Assembly: GCF_001194135.2 (NCBI RefSeq)
Contig: NC_068981.1
Coordinates: 33,356,375 to 33,420,374, forward strand
Length of the DNA: 64,000 nt
Source: Octopus bimaculoides
Lineage: Eukaryota
Direction of reading: 5' to 3'
Below are positions 47,766 to 61,315 of this stretch, in pieces (the stretch's first letter is position 1; the number at the start of each line of letters is the position of its first letter). The notes below the pieces were generated by a model. That model did no database searches and had not been told where the DNA came from. It worked only from the letters and a program-made list of their open reading frames with translations. Made by a program: the position numbers and the translations under genes.

Positions 47766-49935
47766 TAGGGAGATATGTAGCTCCATTTTCCAATATGTTC
47801 TATTCATAATAAGCTAGGGTGTGATTTGAGGGAGATTTAGTAGCTATTCCTAGCAAGCCAACAACCAGGTCAAGACTCCTGCATTAACTTGTAATATGAT
47901 GTATTTAAATTAGTGCTCTATTGTTTCTATTAGTACACCACCCCACCATTACATACCCACGTCAATAAGGGTGCCTCTCAATGATCATCATTCGATTGCT
48001 ACCAATAGTACCCAAATCACCCTATCATCTTAAAATCTTGGACAATGTAATCCTACACACCTCTAGAAAATGAAAGGTTCATAGCTGGAATACTTTTCAC
48101 ATCAGAACTGCTCATTTGAAAATAATGATTTCTTACAAAAATACAAGACCAAATTATACAGTATATTCAACAGTGCCAAATCCTAGCAGTTCTTGGTACT
48201 TATTGAACCATCTATTAACAGGGCCAACAAGAGAACCCCTATAGGGTCACTTGGCCTGAAAGATATAGCAATTAAACTTCCCTCAATCATACAAAGCCAT
48301 CTTAAATAAGGAATGCATACCTTATACAATGCAGTCCTACATACTCCATAAAAATATGGGTTGTCACAAAATGATTGCCTTTGATAATATGTCTGCTGGA
48401 CATAAACATGACCTAGAGCTAGACAACAACACAACTCCTAAGGAAATTGAAAGATTAAGTCAACTCCAACAGGATTTAAATTCAGAAAGTAGAATAGATC
48501 CCAAATTAAATTTTGTAAGACACTTAATGAAACACTCTTATCTTTTCTATTGAGTTTATATTCCAAAATAATAAACTGTAAATAAATACACTTTTAAGAA
48601 AAGCAGTGAGTAAGTACTTACAATACTTGACAACTGAATACTTTAAATTTATTCAAGGTAACAGCTTATAACAGACGATGAAGTCTGTCTCGTGCCTTGG
48701 TTAGTCTCCTATTTGACAGTTACATTGTACTGGTATAGTTTGATGTTTGAATATCTGTTCTTGCTACAGGTCCCACTATAGACTATAAGTTAGGATTTGT
48801 CAAGATCAAAGTTTATGATTTATATTATAACTCAATGTTTAAAGTCTTTTACCAACAACAGCATGCCTCTTCAAGTCACAGCAGCAGTACCTGAAGCTGG
48901 TTTCTCTCAATAATTTCACAATAAAATTTCACTGATATTTCAAAGCCTGTTATGAATTAAGGCTATCAATCAAACAATTTTATGTCCTTCTTAAGCATTC
49001 TTATTGGAAACACAAGCTGTCAGAGAATTGAAGAAGACTGCTGTAGCTGAAGTTTGTGTTGGTTAAGCTTTTAAAATTAAGAAGATTGGTCACTAAAAAA
49101 ATAACTGCCATGTTGCATATAGTTAAGTCAACAGAGTGTCAAACCATTTGACCAAAGTCTTTGGTGGTTTATATCCCATCTGCAGTATATGCATGGTGAA
49201 AGTACTTTGGATTAAAATGGTAGTACCCAAATCACCCCATCATTGAATTAAAATGATAGTACACAAATCACCCTACCAAATAGATGCCTTAAGGAGAGTA
49301 AAAACCTGCTCTAGCCAGTTGTAGGAACATTGAACTATTGAGAAGTATTCCATTTCAAGTGTTAAATTCAAAGCCATAAATGTAGATTAACAAGTGATAA
49401 GCTTCAACAAATTGAATCACTTTAAATTAATTACCATAGAGATACAGTCTTCAGTAGTGACCTAATGGGTTCAGCAATTCTTAAACATAACCAATAACAA
49501 TATAAATTATCTATATGGTTATTCTGCCTGTTATCCACCAAATATCTCTCAAATCACACCCAATTGTGTTAAAATAATAATAAATAATGTAGTTGTAGAT
49601 GCACTATGTCTGGAAATAAGATGAGGTAGTCATGGTCAAAACGTCTCTGATCATGGTTCAACTCAATCAGGACCAACCTGGGGTTAAATGACAACCAAGG
49701 CATAAATTACACTGTGAAGTGATGTAAGTCCAACACCCATGAGTGAAATACTGCCTCTCACATCTAGAACGGTGCTACTGCTTATGTAGACAAACATCTG
49801 AGGCTACATCCAAAAGTTGACCTTCTGACTGATTGACAAAGACTCACTCACTACAACTCTGGCCCACAGACACAAAACTGGCATTCTCTAGCAGCCCTGC
49901 CAGAAAATTATGAGAATGGGTAAAGATTTTATATA

Positions 49936-50126
49936 CCATATTTGGTGACATAAAAGACGCAGACAGGTATATCAGATGTACCCTAATTTCAGCACTGTAT
50001 ATTCAGGAGAAAAGGGTTTTAGTACATTTAAAGTACATGGGAACCCAACTTCACAAATATGATCTGGGGTGATTTCTTTTGAGACATTTTTTGGAAAAAA
50101 GTGGTCTAATATGCCATCAAATATGG
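49936..50126. mobile_element. Tc1/mariner-pogo-type MITE
   Basis: TIRs CCATATTTGGTGACATAAAAGAC versus reverse complement CCATATTTGATGGCATATTAGAC; TA at 49934-35 and 50127-28. Confidence 0.8.
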
Positions 50127-50469
50127 TAATTAATAATATGAGTTTTTATAAATAGAATTCAGTCTTTTCTCGGTGTCATTGTAAATAAATAAATACATAA
50201 ATAAATAAGTAAATAAATAAAAAGAATGAGACATGAAAGCTAGCAATACCTGTTACAAGAACTATAAGTTACACAATGGCAGTTTCTTGTTTCAGTGTTA
50301 TGTCACAAAATGTAAAATGATATCTTCAAGACTCAGATTCTAAGCACATCGACTACTCATGGCAATTATATCTAAATTGTCCATTGTATACTATAGAATT
50401 CCACAGCTAAGCCTTGTTCAATGGCATCTTGGAAAACTGCATTCACAACCCACATTTACAGTAATTTAA

Positions 50470-50700
50470 CCCTTTAGCATTCAGATTATTCTATAAAATG
50501 TAATGTTTATTTATTTATTCAAATTGCTCTGAATTAATCATGCATTGTCTTGTAGCTTAACGATTTCAATGATGTGAATGCTTATCTTTAGAATGACATT
50601 GTAGGCTAGGTGTGAGAGGCTGAATCTGGCTGGTTAGGGCATAAAACAAGTAGAATATCTGGGATGGATATGTCCACTTTAAACATTTCAGCAATGTAAA
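50470..50700 (+). mobile_element. piggyBac-like MITE with decayed right end
   Basis: TTAA|CCCTTTAGCATTCAGATT left end; no clean GGG|TTAA at the right end. Confidence 0.55.
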
Positions 50701-51924
50701 GAATGCATTCTTTTGGGATGCAAATGATTGAGTAATTTTGTTAATCAAAAACAACTGAGCCTACTTGGTAGGAAAGAAAAACAATGGAATGCAGAGAACT
50801 GAACAGATGATAACTAAAATAAAGAGATAGGAAACAATTGCAAATTCAAGGAAGGTACTATTTATGGTAATTATTCAATGACACCTATCAAAAGCAAAAC
50901 TGATGTGTAACAGATATTTCACAGAGACAAATTAGTGGAGTCAGCCATAGGAATACTTCAGCATAAACATGGTGTCTGCAAAAATAAAATCCTAAATGCA
51001 GAATTAATGGGATGTGTGTGGGTTCACATTAGGATTACATTTTATGAACCCAGCCAAGGCTGTTAGGAGCTCAGACAGTGTTCGTTAGAAACTTTTATTT
51101 TGCTTTTACAATGGCCTGTAATGCAATGAGCTTTGCAAAGGAATATAGGACGATGTTTGAAGAAATAAAGTTTGAATTTCTGAATAAATGATCAGTTATC
51201 CACTAGTTTCATCTCAAAAATCAACAAAGCTAGAATTGGAGAAAAACAATGATGGTTTACATCAGCAAAAAAGAAATAAAATTAATTTCTTGAAAGGAAG
51301 GTGCTGCCTAACATGTGAGAAGTAACCTGCCCTTCATGACACACAAATGTTACTGAATACATACTTGTGAGAAAGATGGGGGAGGNNNNNNNNNNNNNNN
51401 NNNNNNNNNNNNNNNNNNNNNNNNNNNNNNNNNNNNNNNNNNNNNNNNNNNNNNNNNNNNNNNNNNNNNNNNNNNNNNNNNNNNNNNNNNNNNNNNNNNN
51501 NNNNNNNNNNNNNNNNNNNNNNNNNNNNNNNNNNNNNNNNNNNNNNNNNNNNNNNNNNNNNNNNNNNNNNNNNNNNNNNNNNNNNNNNNNNNNNNNNNNN
51601 NNNNNNNNNNNNNNNNNNNNNNNNNNNNNNNNNNNNNNNNNNNNNNNNNNNNNNNNNNNNNNNNNNNNNNNNNCATTATTAATTAACAACAACACAAAAG
51701 AATAGTAGCTCTATATATGGATCCCAACAGGTCTGTACTGAAAAGAAATGAAAAAAAAATTCCAGTTATTTAAACAGTTAAAAGATAGTTAATATCTCAA
51801 AAGATTGTAACGAATATCTTTAAAGATTGTTGATATCTTAAAAAGTTGATGTGATAATAATTTCTTACACTGACTAAATATGAAGCAGAGAGAAATATAG
51901 CCAATTAAATCAGTTCCTATATAT

Positions 51925-52205
51925 CAGTGGTTCCTCAAGTGAGTGGCATTGCCCCCTCCCCCGGGGGGAAGTGGAAAGTTCCAAAGGGGCATTGAAGAAA
52001 AGTGGGGTGATAATGGGGTAGCGATTCATGTAAAAACAACAAAATAATGGGTTCATTAGATTTAAGTTTTATTTGTGAAATGCAGTTGCTTTGAAGTTGT
52101 TTCAGAAAGAGGTCCATGTTTGTGATGGTTAGTTGAGGTGGGGGTGCTAGGAATGTGGCCTGGGTGTCAAGGGGGCGGCAGACTGAAAATGTTTGGGAAC
52201 CACTG
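51925..52205. mobile_element. hAT (Charlie-like) MITE
   Basis: TIRs CAGTGGTTCCTCAA / TTTGGGAACCACTG; 8-bp flanks CTATATAT (51917-24) and CTATATAC (52206-13). Confidence 0.85.
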
Positions 52206-53094
52206 CTATATACGATGACTAGGATTTATTTTATCATCTCAGGAGTATAAAAAGCAAAGATAACCTCAAAGAGATTTGAAATCAGAATGCAGGAGGATGA
52301 AACTAAATATTCTAAAACATTCAACCCAGTTTTCCCAGAACTCATACATTTCTGACACTGTGCTATAACATCACATAATAATCCATAAAGAATTATCAAA
52401 TTTACTATTGTGCAGTAAACAGAACATATAGTGCTTTCAGCAGCCAAATCTGTCTCATATCACATAGACACTAGCATCTTTAAAAAAAAACAAAACATGT
52501 TAAATATAGTCCTATAGACATACTGTAAAAAGCAGATAAACAGATGAGACAGTCACAGCTCAAATGCCTTTGCACATAGTTTTGTTTGATAAAGGCTGAT
52601 GTGACCTAAACAACAATGTGAAGACACAATATGAAGAGTACAAGCCAATGAAGAAGCCTCTATGCAGTAGCTCAGTTTGCTAAAAGTAGCAGTCAATTCC
52701 TCTCATGCCACACCTTACAATCTTATAAAAAGGTATGGACACATTAATCCTAGATATACTGAAAAATTAGATGAAAATGTCAAAACTGGAAAGCTTTACT
52801 TATATATTTGCTTGCTAAGGACTGGCCAAGAACAAACAACAATAACATGAAATTTACAAGTAATTCCAGTTTGGAAAATGAGGAAAGAAAGTATTAACAC
52901 ACTTAAGAAGTACAATGACTGTGGGATCAAAATGTTGGGCTAGTAATGAGTTCAAAGCAATAGTGAGTCCTTTGTACATAAATCCAAGCATGCAATTTAA
53001 AAAAAATCAAACCCATATAGTTGATGTAGGATACATATAATATGCATGTGTCCTCTTTCCAGCAATCTCATAAAAATAAATGATATACATATTC

Positions 53095-53232
53095 TTTTTT
53101 ACTCTAGACACAAGGCCTGAAATTTTGGGGGAGGGGGCCAGTAGATCAGAATTTGAACTCAGAACGTACAGACAGACAAAATACCGCTAAGCATTTCACC
53201 CGGCATGCTAACATTTCTGCCAGCTCACTAAT
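53095..53232 (-). mobile_element. Young SINE B with clean internal deletion
   Basis: ..GGGGGAGGGGGCCAGTAGAT|CAGAATTTGAACTCAGAACG..; the middle segment present in 26585-26754 is absent. Confidence 0.8.
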
Positions 53233-54009
53233 ATATATTAAAATTAGATTTGCTATTCGTCTGAAAGGAGAAGTTATTCTCCTATGACAAAACACAACAG
53301 TGATTAACAGCATTGTTTTGATACTTGCTATGCTCATGCTTGCTTGTTTGCTTCATGCTCTTGCTTGATGAGGCTGGGGTCATCCCAGGTTAGTGGTCCC
53401 AGAGGCACATCACGCATAGAGCCAACCAGGTACACCAGTTCTCATGACAATTTATTATTTGCTTTCATTTATATATCTCAGATATAAATTGCATTCCTAT
53501 TATTCACGCAAAAACATCACTGACTCGAAACTAAAATAGCTACTGTGTTGTGTTTCAGCAGACAATTCTGCATATCTCAAAAAAAATAAAGACACTAGAG
53601 TTCAAAAATTAGAATTCTATCTCACCAAAAATCACTTATTACAATGCATAAAAACAAATGAGTGTTTATCTTGAGAAGAGATGAATTCTTCCCATAAAAA
53701 TGGGCCAGCATGAAATTTGAGAACTCACCTGTTCTTATAGCACATTCAGACTTATCTACTTATCTCAGCTGCCTTAGTTGACAGATGTCATACTAACTTC
53801 ACAGGTGCATTGCAAGTAGTAGGAAGCATGTCTAGCAGTAAAAACAACTACCACAGAAATATGCAGTTTTGTAAAATAATTTTCAAGACCTACTTATGCA
53901 AGAATAAGAAACAGGATTTAAACTGAAAAACAAAAAGGTTAAAAGCAGAGTTATTGGAGAAATTTAACCTTATAATTAGACAAACTTCTTTATAATCAAT
54001 AATAATAAT

Positions 54010-54590
54010 AATAATGATGATAATCCTTTCTACTATAGGCACAAGGCCTGGAATTGTGGAGGAGAGGACTAGTCGATTACATTGACCCCAGTCTTTCACT
54101 AGTACTTTATTTTTCCACCCCAAAAGGATGAAAGATAAAGTTGACCTTGGTGGCAATGCTCAACTGGTACTTATTTTATCAACTCCTAAAGGATGAAAGG
54201 CAAAGTTGACCCCAGCAGAATTTGAACTCAGTGTAAAAATGGGCGAAATGCTATTAAGCATTTTGTCCAGTGTGCTAATGATTCTGCCATATTGCTGCCT
54301 TAATAATAGTAATACTATATATATACATATAGACATATAGTTCCCTTTCTACAGTTTTCTTTTTAACATTAATTATCATCATCATCGTTTAACATCTGAT
54401 TTCCATGCTGGCATGGGTTGGAGAGTTTGACTGAGAACTGGCAAGCCAGGAGGCTGCACCAGGCTCCAATCTGATTTGGCAATGTTTCTACTGCTGGATG
54501 CCCTTCCTATTGCTAACCACTATGGGAGTGTAGTAGGTGCTTTTTATGTGCCACTGGCACAGGGGCCAGTAAGGTGGCACGGGCATCGAC
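54010..54590 (-). mobile_element. Cluster: two SINE B copies and an RTE-type tail
   Basis: GGATGAAAG..AAAGTTGACC twice (54120-54230); (ATC)n GTTTAACATCTGATTTCCATGCTGGCATGGGTTGG from 54375. Confidence 0.75.
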
Positions 54591-54999
54591 CATGGACTAA
54601 TCATACACCAAAAAAACAGATAGCTTATTTTTTTTATAGACTATTACCTTAACCAAAGCAAAAACAGATATATCCATTATCTACTTACAAATACAATAAA
54701 TAAAGTTAACCTCTAATCCTAGGGATTACTGCAGTTTAACTTTTGACAGAAGTAAAAACAAAGGACTATCTAATAGGAAAATAAAAAAATAACAAAATTC
54801 AGTAATAATATTTCATTACATTGGCACAAGGACACATTTTTAGAAGTGTCTTCAATTAGCTGACTCAGGACAAGTACTTACATTACAAGATATGAAAAGT
54901 AAAATGGGCTCTAATGAATTCAATATGTAAAGAAATCATTGTTATATTAATGCCCACTTTTCTATACTTGGAAAAGTAAGACAGAATTGTTTGAGGGAG

Positions 55000-55335
55000 A
55001 TTATAAATAACCAGACACCTTTGCTGTTGTCAACTCCCACCAGTTTCCAAGGAAGGTAATGTTTACTCATGGCGAGACATGTTTTTATGGAAGATTGGAA
55101 ATGAAGGACACCACTTGTATAATGGTGATGCTCCTTTACAACTACTGCCTGATATCAAGCAAGGACACACACACACATGACAGACTTCTCTCAGATTCTG
55201 TCATCCAAATCTACTCGCAAAGCTTTAGTTGGTCCAGTGAGAATGTGTAAGACACTTGTCAAAGGTGCCACATAGTGGAATTGAACCCAAATCCAGTTAG
55301 TTGGGAAGCAAACCTCAACCACACAGATATGAATG
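55000..55335 (-). mobile_element. SINE family A with partial RTE-like tail
   Basis: Same modules as 925-1352. Confidence 0.7.
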
Positions 55336-58300
55336 AGCCTAAAGTGGACTAAAAGGCATTTACTGCAGTATTTTATTATTTCTACTACTTCACAAGATTA
55401 TTTGGTAATAATCATATTTATTGAATACATATATTTACCTTAGTAACACAAGAAATCTTTAGTCAATCCATAAGATTTGGAGCAGAAGCCAAGCACTTTT
55501 GTTTCTAAATTTGAACCCATTGATTTAAGAATAAATTTCTGAGCCAGTCTCAAAAATCTATTAAAATTCAATTCATGTCTAGGATGCTGCATGGTCTCGG
55601 TACTTAACTGTACTTTTACTGATTCTGGATGAACAGAAGGCAAGTTGACTTCAGCAGGATTTGAACTTAGAATGTAAAAGGTTGTAATTAAATACCAGAA
55701 GACATTTTGACCAACAGTATCAATTCTGCCTATACAGCACCTTAATGTTGGTTAGTGTTGCTATATCATACAGCAAAAGTAGAAATAAATACTCTGAAAT
55801 CAATAAGAACTATTATTCTGCATGGATTTCATTTTGGTTTTTAATCATCATCATTATCGTCATCATTTAACATCCGTTTTCCACACTGGCATGGGCACTA
55901 GCCAGTTGGAGATTTGCACCCAGCGCCAATTGTCTGTTTTGGCATGGGTTCTATGGCTGGAGACCCTTCCTAACACAAACCACTTTACAGAATGTACTGG
56001 GCAATTTTTATGTGGCACCAACATCAGTGTTAAATCAACATTTTTTTACTGTCATGAAATACAGAGTCTTCTCTTGTAGACTTGCATTTACTATTTAAAG
56101 GATGCAAAAACATGTTTGACCAGTTGCAGTTTAAATGAGTTCATAATAAGACACAAACATACCCAGAGTTGTCTGCCTTAATTGACAAATAAAAACAATA
56201 TTAGTCTTTTGTCCATCACCACATAATTATATCTAGTTAGCTTTTTAATGCTTCCTGTATTAATTATGTTAACAAATATTCATCTATGTATTTTGAAGCC
56301 TAACTGACCACATGACATTGTATGCTTGCAACTTCCACTGAAACATTTTATTTGCCTACATCCATCTCCGTTTTGTGGTTACCATATCATAAGCAGATTT
56401 TATCTCTAGAAGTAGTTTACAGTTAAATTTCAGATATCTAAACATCAAGTTTCTAATTTTTGGATAATCCAAACAAGATCTCAAGGTCCTGTGATTATCT
56501 GATTAGCTAAATTGTGTGTAACTCGAACTCAATTATAACATAAGTGCTGCTGTTTCATCATTTGTTTACAATGATTAAAAGTGAATTCAAATTTCTGAAG
56601 AACACATAAACATTGGAGAGGTGTTCTCAACACTGGTGTCATGATCAAGTCTTTTGTTTCCAGGTATCAAAAGTACTATATACCAGGCTGCTAGTTTGAT
56701 ATCAGTCAGTCATTTTAAACAATGTTAAAATAATTGTAACATTGTAAAAGTAAAAGTGACTAACATGCTGAAGAATTTAAAAGCATGGCAAAATCAATGG
56801 TATCTTCATTCATCTCTATGACTTTGTTCCAAGTATATACATCTGTTACAAGTAATTGAGTTTGTTGTTGTTACCATGTCTGTGAAGAGAAAGTGAACAC
56901 CAGTGACAATCGAACAGAAAAATGAGACTTTACAATGTCTGGATTGTGGTGAAAAGGCATCAAACATTGCACAGAATACAACATTTTATTGATTGAAAAA
57001 CATAAAATCTCTTTAAACATGTTTTTATTTTTAGTTTTGTTTGTTTTTATTTTCTTCTTTTTTTACATAATTATGTTCACTATGGCTTCCTTTGTTTACA
57101 ATTAGATCAGTTATCCAAGCAAAATACTCCTTGTCTATATTGGGATAATCAAGGTCTAACAGTAGTTTAGTTTTTCTTTCATTTTCTTTCATCTTTTTTT
57201 TTTTTCAGTCATTGAACTATGGTTATGACAAGAGTTTATAGTTAATCAAGTCGACCCCAGTATTTATTTCAGTCTGGTATATATCTTATTGATCTCTACT
57301 TTTCAAACCATTAAGCTATGGAACATAAAAGGACCACACGGACACAGGCTTTCACATTCATATATGACGAACTTCTGCACAGTTTCCAGCAACAAAATTC
57401 CATTCACAAGGCATTGGTCAGCTTGAGAATGACATTTACCCAGAGCATCATGCAGTAAGCTCAAAACTCATGTCATGTATTTACAAAGTAGACTCCTAAA
57501 TCACATGCTTATTCCTTTTTCAATTAAAATCCTGGCCTTCAAATGCCAACTTATTTACAATGATCTTTTTTCATCATAACAGTCTTTTCTGATGTTTATC
57601 ATTGCTCTTCTTGAATTAGATGTTTGTCTTAAACTTGACTTACCAACTTTATGTCGTAACTGGTTCCAGTCAGTACATATGAAAATACTTGATGCTTTGT
57701 AAGAGTATTGCATCATTTCTTACATAAATTTATGTAAATGGCCTCATTGATTTCAGTGTCTGATAAGGTTGAATTCCAATGTCATAATTTTGTTTAGACA
57801 TACATTCTATCCCATGTTAGCAAAGATAGTCTTAATACTTTTATTTTTTTTAACCACTTTTTTTTTTTTAATAATACTGAATTCTTATAATTTGTTCTAT
57901 AAGAGAGGAATAGTCAATTGAAACCAACTAGTATTGATATTATCAACCTGAAATAAACAAGCCAATGAGAGAGTTTCTTTGTGGTTACTCAATCTAAAAA
58001 TATCAGTCAAATATCCCTCAGATTATACATTTTATTTGCTACTCAATGACCCTGCCAATTCACTTATAATTGACAAGTATTTATATCTGAAAGAAAAAAC
58101 ACACTGGACTATGTAGTCCTAAATAGTCTTAAAGATACAGGATGGTTATGACTAGAACAACTTTGGCTATAGGTCATCTCAATTAAGGTTTGATGTTGAA
58201 GAAATAAAGTATAAATTTGGTCACTACAAGAATTTAACTCGGAAAATAAATATAAAATTTAAAACAAGCTAAATTCTACAAAACACTTCTCTTCCATTCC

Positions 58301-59899
58301 AATTCCTTCCCACACGATTGCCAAGAACTAAAATGACAATGCTACTTTCCCTCTTTTGCTCACTTAAACAAAACTCAAAATACTGAAATGTTAGATCATC
58401 CACTCCTCATAGCAAGTGAACTTCTCAAACTCTTCTACAAACTCTACTACAAACTTATAGCTGCCAACACAAACCATCACCATTTTCATGAGATTCTACA
58501 TTTTTACCTTCTGAAGTATTGAGTCTGGCATTCTAACATTTTTTTCATCTCATCACCTTCAGATATATTTTTATAATATTAAAAAAAAAGCATACTGAGA
58601 TAAAATTCTAGAAAAACAACTCTTTTATCAAATAGTTCTTTTTGTTTTTTTTGCTATTTAAGTTATAGATCATATCTATGCATTCTGTAATTCATAACTG
58701 AGTTATCTTTTACTGATTAAATATATCTTAATTTAAAACTAAGAATAACCTGAAAGCACTTGTAAGACTATTTTTATAAATTTTTGAAAAAATTCTACAA
58801 ATAATTTTTTCATTTTCTTTTAACTTTTGACTGACTATTCGAAGTCATTAAAAAATTACAATTTTCTTTTAAAAGTCATCGTTAAAATTCTAAACTTCAT
58901 TTTCTTCAGGTATTTCTTTTCTTTTTCCTCCAGCACGTTCTTAAGCATTTTGTAACATTTGTAGTTATGATTCATTTTATTTATGTTTTATTGTTTCCAC
59001 TTGAAGTGGCAGAAAAAAAGAAAAAAAACACTACACCACATCAATGAGATATTGGTTATAGCATGTTGGTGAATTATTGTTTGCCTATCACCTAGATGTC
59101 CTTTCTTTAAACTGAAATCGTGAATGTTTGAGAATACGTGTGAGGTAGATGTATGATCACAACTATGTGAGCAGCTCACTAATGTGAAAAGCACTTGTAA
59201 TTTGCAGAAGGTCAACAGCTTTTTAGAGTTGAAGCACTTTCAGTTTTGAAGATAAAACTGGCCTCGGATAGGTTGCAGTCTCAGTTTGGTTATAAATATG
59301 TGATCAAAAGAGATTGGGAAGCCAACCATTTGTAGCAAATTTGAATGTTTGTGCTGTTTCCTATTCTTACTTAAAGAGGGTAAAGCATTTTAAGTGTATT
59401 TCTTTCATGTGTATATTAACTGCGTTTTGGTACTGTTAAACAAGACTAAATAATTATGTCTCCATAACAGGATTTTATCAAAGTTTAACTTCACAATAGT
59501 TCATTACTGGAGTAAGGCATCTTTCTTTTATCTATTTGTTCCACTTATTGAATTGAAGCCATGCTGGGGCACGACCTTTTAAGGTTTTAGTCAAATAAAT
59601 CAACCTTAGGAATTTTTTTTTAAAGCCTAATACTCATTCTATCAGTCGTTTCTTACCAAACTGCTAAGTTACAGGGATGTAAACAAATCACACCAGTTGT
59701 CACGCAACAGTGGGGGACGAACACAAACACACACACTCACACACACATACAGAGTGTACTGTTCTGTGATGATAAGATCAACAAAAAAGTACTCCAGCTG
59801 ATGAGAGATAAATATTATTTAATAAACACAGTTTATCTTTTTATGTGCTAGTATTAGTTTCATGTGATGAAAGCATGCCAGACAGTATTTTGTAACACA

Positions 59900-60006
59900 T
59901 CTGGTGTTCCAGCACAAGCTTCAGGCACTGCCCAAATGGCATAACATACTATTTTTAGTTTGTTATGCTATATGGGCAGTGCCTGAAGATTGTGCTGGGA
60001 CACCAG

Positions 60007-60007
<1 letters not shown>
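59900..60007. other. GC-rich 47-bp-stem hairpin (pre-miRNA-like or mini-MITE)
   Basis: 59900-59946 pairs with 59961-60007: 43 Watson-Crick, 2 G.T and 2 mismatches; 14-nt loop TACTATTTTTAGTT; arms about 50% GC. Confidence 0.95.
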
Positions 60008-60009
<2 letters not shown>

Positions 60010-60102
<93 letters not shown>

Positions 60103-60295
60103 GTTTCTACCCCAGCCACTTGACAACAGTGGTGATTTGTTTACATCCAAGTAACTTAGTGATTCAGCAATAGAATAATTCACACCAATAAAATTAAAAG
60201 AAAACATGAGTACTAGGGTTGATTTGTTCAACTAAAACCTTCAAGGTGGTGCCATGCAGTCCAGTGGCTAAAACAAGAAAAGAAGATAAAAGAAG
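60010..60295 (+). mobile_element. (GT)n plus SINE A tail b (headless); inverse tail-b copy at 59525-59750
   Basis: CTTGACAACAG..GTAACTTAG..GGGTTGATTTGTTCAACTAAAACCTTCAAGGTGGTGCC matches the 20700-20880 tail. Confidence 0.75.
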
Positions 60296-60873
60296 ACAAC
60301 TACATATTTCTAACAAGATATATAAGGAAAATATTAAAAAATGAATAATTCAACAGAACAAACAACATTGCTAAGAGTACAATCAAATATTAATCAGAAT
60401 GATATATCTATCCTATGGCAGATTCAATGAAATAAAACAAAATATCTGATGGTCATCACTGTAAAATAGAGATTTCCTTCAGATTAATGTATTAAGAAAA
60501 TTAATTCAACCATACAAACTCAAGTACTATAAATTGTTATGTAGTTTTTAGCAGTCAATACGGAAAGATAATTGTCTCAGTAAAAGTTCATGGCATTTCA
60601 TTTAGTCTTTATCATCAGTACAGTTAATATTTTAGCTATTGTTGTAAAAACAGTAGTTCACAATTTCGTTAATTGATTAGTGACATCATATATCAATCAA
60701 CATTTCAGCAATTTGGTTTTATGAAAAATGATACTAGGTCTTAAGTTAAAACACAATGAGCTGTTGGTATTGTTGACCAATATCAAAATGTGTAAAATTA
60801 AAAGCCACAACTGGACAAGTCAATAAGCACTAATCATCCTCAGAACTGGACTCTACCCACTGCAAAAATAGTA

Positions 60874-61091
60874 CAAGGGATGCTTAAAACTTTCTGAATC
60901 TGGGTAAAAGAAAATACAGGAGGATCAGTTAATTATGATTTTATTTAACATATTTCCCTCTCAGATTCACACACTTATTGCAGCAGTCACTCAGTTTTAC
61001 TAAGCCCTGTAAAAAAAACTCATCAGGTTTGGCCTCCGACCAGGCCTTTTCATGATACCCTTAAAGCCAAGAACTTTTCTGTACTCCATCG
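60874..61091 (-). mobile_element. Mariner-derived MITE retaining the last ~24 transposase codons
   Basis: TA at 60872-73 and 61092-93; degenerate TIRs; minus-strand LQGLVKLSDCCNKCVNLRGKYVK* (about 61012-60941) parallels GIKKLVNRWKEVIDNQGKYIDD* of the mariner at 15994. Confidence 0.6.
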
Positions 61092-61289
61092 TAAATACTC
61101 CTTGGTTCATTCCAACTAGATGTAAATAGATATCATTAGTAAGTACAGATCAGCTCACTGCTGTAAATATCACAAGTCTGTATATATGATTTCTGACATA
61201 GGCACAAAGTTACATAAGTAAAATAACAAATAAGGAAGATGGAGAACTTCTAACAATGTGAACAGGAAAAGTTAAGTAACCTTTATATA

Positions 61290-61315
61290 TTTCAGGCACA
61301 AAGGCTCATCATCAG
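61290..61315 (-). other. Hammerhead-ribozyme-like core, degenerate
   Basis: Minus strand CTGATGA-T-GAGCCTTTGTGCCT-GAAA-TATATA-AAGG, preceded by CTT; conserved boxes intact, stem II imperfect. Confidence 0.35.

Noticed and set aside
48329-48553. 74-aa ORF that looks protein-like
   Set aside because: It includes a SINE B remnant (AAGTCAACTCCAACAGGATTTAAATTCAGAA) and has no splice context
50900-51380. Possible Penelope-like RT remnant (QISGV..IG resembling Q..G.AMG)
   Set aside because: A single weak motif next to an assembly gap
51282-51705. ORFs spanning N-runs (also 23838-24506)
   Set aside because: Artefacts of unknown bases
53729-53831. 103-nt minus-strand exon with good acceptor and CAG|GTGAGT donor
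   Set aside because: Stops in all three frames; it cannot be told from a chance match without RNA data
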